From Candidatus Multivoradales bacterium (GTDB taxonomy: Bacteria > Acidobacteriota > Thermoanaerobaculia > Multivoradales > JAHEKO01), in contig CBDCXM010000009.1 of NCBI GenBank assembly GCA_965223855.1, positions 2,464,001 to 2,528,000 on the forward strand: 64,000 bases of DNA. The letters run 5' to 3'. Both the position numbers and the translations under genes were made by a program. Below are positions 58,083 to 64,000 of the stretch, piece after piece. The first letter of the stretch is position 1. Each line of letters starts with the position of its first letter. The notes beneath the pieces are model-generated. The model made no database searches. It had not been told where the DNA came from and saw only the letters and a list, made by a program, of their open reading frames with translations.

Positions 58083-59260
58083 GAGGCGGCGTTGTCCGCC
58101 GAGCGGCCGTTGCGGGATCGGCGCAGGATCCGCAGGCGATCCCCGTCTCCGCTCAGCGTCTCGAGATAGGTCTCGAGCGTCTGCTCCGCCATCCGGTGCC
58201 AGGTGAATCCCGAAGCACGCTCCAGAGCGTCGGCGGCAAGGGTGCGCTGGATGCCGTCGTCCTGGAGGCACCAGCCGATCGCCGAGCGCAGCCCGGCGAG
58301 GCTCGTCGGCTCGACCAGCTTCGCTGCGCCTTCCGCGAGCTCGCGGATGGTGGAGAGGTTCGAAGTGATCACCGGTGTCCCGCAAGCCATCGCTTCGACA
58401 ACCGGAGTCGGGTACCCCTCGTAGAGGGTCGGGTAGAGGTAGAGCGACGCCTGGCGCACCAGGGCAGCCTTCTCCAGGTCCTCGACGACTCCCGCTTCGA
58501 GGACCCTGCCGTCGAGTCCAAGTCTCGAGATCAGGTTGGCGAGCTTGGGCTCGCTCAGCTCCGGCTCCCCGACCATCAGCAGCGTCGGTGGATCTTCGAT
58601 GCGCGAGCAGGCGGCGGCGAAGGCGGCGAGTACACGCTCCTCGTTGCGGTGCCTTCGGGAGTCACGGTCGAACAACACGTAGCCGGGAGCCAGGCCGAGC
58701 CGCTCGAGCGCCACCTCGTCCCGGTCGGTCGGTTCGGGCGCGTACGCCTTCGAGACCCCCCGGTAGATGCGACGCACCCGCGGACGGGGAATCTCGAAAT
58801 ACTCGACGACGTCGTCGCGGCAGGATTCGGATTCCGCGATCACCCTGCTGGAACGAAAGAGGCTGTAGCGCACCTGAGTCTGGGCGACGAGGGTGGCCAG
58901 CCTTCCCGGGACGAAACTCGGGTGAAGAATGTGGAGGATGTCGTGCACCGTCGCCACCGTTCGTGACGGCACCCAGAGCGGGAGCATGTAGTGGGTGGCG
59001 TGGTAGAGGTCGAGGCGTTGCCGGAAGAGGCGCCACGACAAGGCAGCGCGCTCGCGCAGCGAGTAAACAGGCGAGCGCTCGACGATCCGAGTGAAGGTCT
59101 CCGGCAGTTCGTCGAACTCGCCGGCATAGGCGGGTCCGACGAAGAGGACGTAGCGGTTCTCGTCGTCGATACCTGCGAGGTGGTGGACGAGCTCCCGGAC
59201 GTACTCGCCGATCCCGGGCTCACCGAGTTTTCGGGCGTCGATTCCGATCTTGTAGGCCAA
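58079..59260 (-). CDS. Glycosyltransferase family 4 with atypical donor-binding loop
   Basis: IGIDARK..GIGEY, TVHD, YEGYPTPVVEAMACG. Confidence 0.85.
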   Translation of the reverse strand: MAYKIGIDARKLGEPGIGEYVRELVHHLAGIDDENRYVLFVGPAYAGEFDELPETFTRIVERSPVYSLRERAALSWRLFRQRLDLYHATHYMLPLWVPSRTVATVHDILHILHPSFVPGRLATLVAQTQVRYSLFRSSRVIAESESCRDDVVEYFEIPRPRVRRIYRGVSKAYAPEPTDRDEVALERLGLAPGYVLFDRDSRRHRNEERVLAAFAAACSRIEDPPTLLMVGEPELSEPKLANLISRLGLDGRVLEAGVVEDLEKAALVRQASLYLYPTLYEGYPTPVVEAMACGTPVITSNLSTIRELAEGAAKLVEPTSLAGLRSAIGWCLQDDGIQRTLAADALERASGFTWHRMAEQTLETYLETLSGDGDRLRILRRSRNGRSADNAAS

Positions 59261-59323
59261 CTCGGGTGGGCTCCGGGTGTCAGGACGTCATCTTACCGGG
59301 CGGTCGCCGCTGCCGGGGCTCGG

Positions 59324-60502
59324 TCAGGATCGCTGGCGCCGCCGCCGACCGAACTCGCCGGCGAGTACTCGGTCGAAGACGCCGGCCGTCGCTTCGACGG
59401 TGGCGTCCCAGTCGAACGTCGCCGCGCGGGCGATGCCTCTGGCCGAGAGTCTGCGCCTGAGCTCCTCGTCCTCGAGGACCTTTCTCACGGCAGCGGCGAG
59501 CTTGGAGGCGTGTTGTGGATGGACCTGGAATCCCGCCTCGCCGACGACCTCCGGCAGGCTCGAGCGGTCGGAAGTCACGACCGGAACACCGCACGCCATC
59601 GCTTCGAGCACCGGCAGGCCGAAGCCCTCGTAGAGGGACGGATAGACGAACGCCGTCGCCCCCTGCATCGCCTCGATCATCCGCTTTCTCGGCAGGCGCC
59701 CGAGGTACCGAACCCCGGGAGCACGGGCGAGGCGGCGGCGGACCGAGCCGCTGCGCCAGCCGCGTCCACCGGCGACGAGCAGCGGGGGAGTCCGGGGAAG
59801 TTTCTCCTGGACCTGCTGCCACGCGTCGAGCAGTGTCGGCAGGTTCTTGCGCGGTTCGAGGGTGCCGACAAAGAGGGCGTAGCCTTCCTCCGCCCCGAAC
59901 GAACGGCGGATCGCCGCGATGCGACTCGGGTCCGTCGGGCGGAACTCGGGGTCGACGCCGAGGTGAATCACCGACTGCTTGCTTCCGGTCCAGGGGAACC
60001 TGCGCTCGAGATCGGCCCCTGTGGCGGCGGAGTCGACGATGATGTGCGCCGCGGTATCCAGGCTGGCAGGCAGGTGGCGCTTGAACGTCACCCGGTTGCG
60101 CCACGAGTGCCAGTACGGGAACAACAGCGGCGTGAGGTCATGGACGGTCACCACCGACGGGATCTCGAGCTCTCTCGGCAGCGTGGCGACGGGGGACCAG
60201 AAGAGGTCGGCGCCCCGCCCCTTCCTGAGATCTCGGCGGAGCCGCCGCGGGAGGGTGCGCTGCTGCCACCACCAGCCGATAGGTGATCGCAGACGCACGA
60301 ACTCGACGCCGGCGGTGGCGAGATCCTCGACGTCATGGGGTGGGCGATGACAGTAGACGACGAGTCTGAAGCGCCCGGACCGTGCCAGCCCGGCGAGGAT
60401 CGATCGGGTGTAGTAGCCGATCCCGGCCGGAGGGCCGGCGAGAACCCTGCCGTCGAGCGCCACCGTGGGAAGGCCCGGGCGGGCTTGGCTGGAGCCGGTC
60501 AT
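59324..60502 (-). CDS. Glycosyltransferase family 4 (MtfB-like)
   Basis: GIGYY, GTLEPRKNL, YEGFGLPVLEAMACG; start ATG 60502. Confidence 0.92.
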   Translation of the reverse strand: MTGSSQARPGLPTVALDGRVLAGPPAGIGYYTRSILAGLARSGRFRLVVYCHRPPHDVEDLATAGVEFVRLRSPIGWWWQQRTLPRRLRRDLRKGRGADLFWSPVATLPRELEIPSVVTVHDLTPLLFPYWHSWRNRVTFKRHLPASLDTAAHIIVDSAATGADLERRFPWTGSKQSVIHLGVDPEFRPTDPSRIAAIRRSFGAEEGYALFVGTLEPRKNLPTLLDAWQQVQEKLPRTPPLLVAGGRGWRSGSVRRRLARAPGVRYLGRLPRKRMIEAMQGATAFVYPSLYEGFGLPVLEAMACGVPVVTSDRSSLPEVVGEAGFQVHPQHASKLAAAVRKVLEDEELRRRLSARGIARAATFDWDATVEATAGVFDRVLAGEFGRRRRQRS

Positions 60503-61884
60503 CTTCCTTCCTTCGCAGTCCGCCACGATGCGACGGTCTCCGTCGCCGCGCGTTGCCAGCTCAGCCGCGCCGCGTTGGCCCTGCCCGCCTCGACGAGTCG
60601 CTCTCGTTGCTCGGGAGCGTCGAGCAGCTCGCTCGCGGCGGCGGCAAAGGCGCCGGCGTCGTCGGCAGGGGCGAAGATCGCCCCTTCGCCGGCGACCTCG
60701 CGCAGCACGGGCAGGTCGCTGCACAGGAGGGGTGCGCCGGCCTGCTGGGCCTCGACCGCCGGCAGCCCGAAGCCCTCGTAGCGCGTCGGGAAGACGACCA
60801 GGGAGGCGTCGCGATAGAGCGCGGCGAGCTCTCCCTCTTCGACGTAGCCGAGCTGCCGGCACCACCCCTCGGCCTCGGCGTCCGCCAGGGCGGAGCTGAT
60901 CTCTTCCGCCTTCCATCCGAGCCGACCGCACAGCACGAGCCTGACATCGTGGCCGGCCTCGCGCACCCGGTGCCAGACGTCGAGCAGATAGCGGATGTTC
61001 TTGCGCGGCTCCAGCGTGCCGACGTGAAGCGCGTACGGTGGGTCGACGCCGTCCGGCAGCCGAGTGGGCTCCACCGAGGCGAGTTGGCCGGGGCCGTGGT
61101 GAACGACGTCGACTCTGCCGGCCGTCGCGTAGCCGTAGTCGACCAGTTCGTTCTTGACGGCTGCGCTGACGGAGATCAGCCGGGTCGCGCGACGGACCGA
61201 TCGGTCGAGGTTGCGTCGCAAGGCGTCGAGCGTCTCGGCGGCGAGGGTGTCGGGGACCGTGCGGGAGCCGAGGTCGTGAATCGTGGCGACGACCTTGCCT
61301 CGCGCCAGGGTGAAGTTCCCGGGCAGGAAGTAGTTGGGCGCGAAGAGCACCTCGTTGCCGTCACACGCGATCAGCAGCGGTTCGAGCCACTGCAGGCAGC
61401 GCATCAGAAAGCCGGGTCGCAGGGTCAGGTCGTGCGGAACCTCGAAGACGACGTGCTCGATCGACGGGCCGCGTGGCAGCGGCATTACCGGGTCGGGGAC
61501 ATCCTCGCCCTCGAGCTGATTCGGTCCGTAGAGCCGGATGGCGACACCGTCGACCTCGGTGAGGTGCTCGAGGAGTCGGTAGAGGTACCAGCCGACTCCG
61601 GTGAGGGACTCCCACAGCGGAGTCACATCGACCCCGACGGTGAACCGTTGCTCGGCACGCCGCCTCCCCACGGCCGTCAAGATCGTTCCCATCCAGCGCA
61701 CCGTCCGCGGCACGCTGGTCACGCGAAACCACGCCTGGCCGGCGTAGTGTCGGGCCCTGGCGCGACTCCAGTGGAAGGCGTGCGCCAGTCGTGGAAGGCG
61801 ACGCGCGAGTGCCCTGAGAACGCGCTGCCACGGTGTCCACGGGCGGCCGGTTGCGGGGTCGATGAACGGGTCGTCGGTCGGCAC
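60499..61884 (-). CDS. Glycosyltransferase family 4 (MtfB-like) with basic N-terminal extension
   Basis: TGVGWY, GTLEPRKN, YEGFGLPAVEA; start about GTG 61884. Confidence 0.88.
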   Translation of the reverse strand: MPTDDPFIDPATGRPWTPWQRVLRALARRLPRLAHAFHWSRARARHYAGQAWFRVTSVPRTVRWMGTILTAVGRRRAEQRFTVGVDVTPLWESLTGVGWYLYRLLEHLTEVDGVAIRLYGPNQLEGEDVPDPVMPLPRGPSIEHVVFEVPHDLTLRPGFLMRCLQWLEPLLIACDGNEVLFAPNYFLPGNFTLARGKVVATIHDLGSRTVPDTLAAETLDALRRNLDRSVRRATRLISVSAAVKNELVDYGYATAGRVDVVHHGPGQLASVEPTRLPDGVDPPYALHVGTLEPRKNIRYLLDVWHRVREAGHDVRLVLCGRLGWKAEEISSALADAEAEGWCRQLGYVEEGELAALYRDASLVVFPTRYEGFGLPAVEAQQAGAPLLCSDLPVLREVAGEGAIFAPADDAGAFAAAASELLDAPEQRERLVEAGRANAARLSWQRAATETVASWRTAKEGR

Positions 61885-61920
61885 GGGACGACGGCTGAAG
61901 GATCTCGGTAAGGTAGCGGG

Positions 61921-63129
61921 ATGCGAGGCGCGAGGCGCGGGCTGTTGGCGGCGGGGGTGATTGTACTCGCGGCCGCACACGTGGCGTACTGGTATCTGCC
62001 GCGCGAGAGGGGAGGGCGTCCGAAGCCGGGCGCGGCTGTGGCGGCACTTCTCGACGGGGGCGAAGGGCATTTCACCGCCTGGGTTCCCTACCCTCATCAG
62101 AATCTCGGATTCCTGGCGAGCGACGACGGCGACTGGCGCACCGGCCTCTCGAAGTTGCTCGGCACCCCGGATCTCGAGCTACCCGGCTTCGGCCCGTTCG
62201 CGCTCCCGCCGGCGAGCGAGCTCGCCGTGACGACCGACCGGAGTGGAGAGCGCTTCGTCGTCGCAGCACGCATCTACCCGCTGGTGGCTCTGGTGGCCCG
62301 GGCGGCCGGGACCGTCGCCTCGAACCCCTGGCTCGCCGGGGGCGAGATCGACGAACGGGGGGAGCGCTACGAGGTGCGGTGGGACGGCAACGTCTGGATG
62401 ATGCGTCCCGCCGGGGGTGGTGCGGCCGCCATGCCCTGGCCGTCATCCGACCATTCCGGGGCGGCGGAAGAGGTCGAGGGGGGCGCGCTCGCTCGACTCT
62501 CGCTCGCGACCAGACTGGGGCCCCTGCCTGCCGGGCGCTACCGCATCGAGCGCACCGGTGGCGATCTGGAGCTGTCTTCGGCGACCCGGATCGACGGCGA
62601 GCCGCAGCGGCCCGGTGGCGGTCGGCTGCTCCAGCTCGATTGTCGCGGGGAACGGTGCCGGGCTCAGGCCGTCCTCGGTCCGGGACAGGGAAGCCTCAAG
62701 GGTGTCCCGTCGGCGGCAGTGCTGGCGCGCCGGTTCCCGATGCCCGACCTGCCGTTCCAGCGGCTCTACAGGATCCTCGGCCTTCGCAAGCGCGTCGCCC
62801 GGGAGGGCGACTGGAAGATCGGCGCCTCCGACCGCAAGGCACTCGAACGAGGCAAGGAGCTGGCCCGCGAACTCTCGGCGCGCCCGGTCGCGAGCGGCAT
62901 CCGGCTCGAGTACGAAGTCGATCTCGACGTCGTAAGAAGCGTGGCCGGAGAGCTCGAGCGACAGCTCGAAGGGGTGCCGCTTCCACGGATCCAGGAGCTC
63001 GAGCGTTGGCGCGGAGCGGCACTCGTCCTGGGGCAGCTCGAGGGGTACGACCGCTGGTCGTTCGTTCGCGTCGCCGACGGCGGGGTTCGGTCACGGCTCT
63101 GGGGGCGCCAGCCGAACCCGTCGGGCTAG
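61921..63129 (+). CDS. Membrane-anchored hypothetical protein
   Basis: N-terminal TM (LLAAGVIVLAAAHVAYWY), 402-aa open frame, divergent from the GT operon. Confidence 0.7.
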   Translation: MRGARRGLLAAGVIVLAAAHVAYWYLPRERGGRPKPGAAVAALLDGGEGHFTAWVPYPHQNLGFLASDDGDWRTGLSKLLGTPDLELPGFGPFALPPASELAVTTDRSGERFVVAARIYPLVALVARAAGTVASNPWLAGGEIDERGERYEVRWDGNVWMMRPAGGGAAAMPWPSSDHSGAAEEVEGGALARLSLATRLGPLPAGRYRIERTGGDLELSSATRIDGEPQRPGGGRLLQLDCRGERCRAQAVLGPGQGSLKGVPSAAVLARRFPMPDLPFQRLYRILGLRKRVAREGDWKIGASDRKALERGKELARELSARPVASGIRLEYEVDLDVVRSVAGELERQLEGVPLPRIQELERWRGAALVLGQLEGYDRWSFVRVADGGVRSRLWGRQPNPSG

Positions 63130-63540
63130 GTGCGAGCTCGGGCGGCCGAGAGCCTTGCCAGAGGGCTCCGCATCTTCGGCGCTGTGAGCCGGGTTCGAGG
63201 ATCTCGACGATCGCCCGGCTCTGCGTTGCCGCGTTCCGCAGTCAGAGGCCGCTTTCCACGCAGGGCAGACGTGGTCGGCTGGTTGGCGCGGGGCCTGAGC
63301 GGTGACGGCTTCTGGAGTCGCCTTCCAGGGTTGCAGTGTGGCTGCGAATTGTGCGGAGACCGGCGTCCCGCCGGAGTCGTCGAAAGCGGACCCTCGCGAG
63401 GGCGGTCGCGGCTGGATGGTTCGGCTTCAGCCGGCCAGGCGAGGTCCTACCTGGAGTCCGTTCGCGATGAAGGCGGCGAGTCGGCCATGGCATGGGGCGC
63501 CCTCGTCACTCGCGACATCCACCAGGACCTGCTACCGCGA

Positions 63541-64000
63541 TCAGTGGGTGTGAACGTCGAGCGATCCCCCACCGATGAACTCTCTGAGCACCGAGTCGTC
63601 GGGGACGGCCGACTCGCCTGCGACGTCGGCGATCGATTCGAGCAGGTCGTAGACCCGCTGCGCCCGGATGTAGCCGTCGAGTCGCCGGTCGTCGTCCTGC
63701 CACCGCTCGAGGAAGGACGGCAGCTCGGCGAAGCAGCGTTGCTTGAGGAAGGGTAGCTCGTAGGCGAGGGCACCGTTGACGTGCAGGTCGGCGTTCCCCT
63801 GGTGCGGGATGATGTGTTTGAGTTCGCTGCGACGGACGTAGTGCCAGTGGAGGATCGTCTTCTCCGGCGAGTAGCCGCGGAAGAGCGCGTCGCGCGACAT
63901 CCGGCGGAGCATGCGCAGATCGGTCCAGCGGACGTAGCGGCCGGACTCGTCCTTGATCTGACTGATCGTCTCGATGTAGAGCCGGAACTTCCTCGACTCC
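63541..64000 (-). CDS. Uridine kinase/phosphoribulokinase-family protein, C-terminal part (starts outside window)
   Basis: FRLYIETISQ...TDLRMLRRMSRD..FRG...WHYVRRSELKHIIP, YELPFLK, SVLREFIGG. Confidence 0.8.
   Translation of the reverse strand, partial: ESRKFRLYIETISQIKDESGRYVRWTDLRMLRRMSRDALFRGYSPEKTILHWHYVRRSELKHIIPHQGNADLHVNGALAYELPFLKQRCFAELPSFLERWQDDDRRLDGYIRAQRVYDLLESIADVAGESAVPDDSVLREFIGGGSLDVHTH

Noticed and set aside
63130-63540. 410-bp spacer and 208-aa ORF 63130-63756 as a gene or mobile element
   Set aside because: No recognisable motifs or terminal repeats, and the ORF overlaps the kinase antisense. It shares only CCTACCTGGA with the 39.4-kb spacer, which is plausibly chance.

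Overview
High-GC bacterial chromosomal segment, densely coding (about 60 genes). Gene content suggests Acidobacteriota, probably Thermoanaerobaculia-like (inference from FxDGFESGD-tagged secreted proteins, a VWA-like exported protein and the MoxR/DUF58/transglutaminase locus). I saw no rRNA, tRNA, CRISPR array, transposase, integrase or phage gene. Housekeeping anchors are recA (with a clean sigma70 promoter), murB, folK, hslO and fadI. The window also holds a GT4/WcaJ polysaccharide cluster, TRAP and NhaC-family transporters, and many secreted peptidases (A2-like, M12B, M14, M24, M48, DUF2268, DUF885). Four observations stand out. (1) A portable ~15-aa tag, [IV]F[AS]DGFESGDTxxWS, ends two unrelated secreted peptidases and starts a third secreted protein missing from the ORF track; it is a candidate uncharacterised sorting or surface-docking signal. 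(2) An SCP2 lipid-carrier domain is fused to an R2-like ligand-binding oxidase (R2lox). (3) A membrane-anchored one-component LytTR regulator is flanked by two promoters with the same TTCGTCCCG-N12-YYGGTCCCA direct repeat at identical spacing to the -10. (4) A 977-aa protein has a GH-like/LolA-like/beta-barrel layout of unknown function. Many ORF-track starts are over-extended, so the starts below were re-picked by eye.
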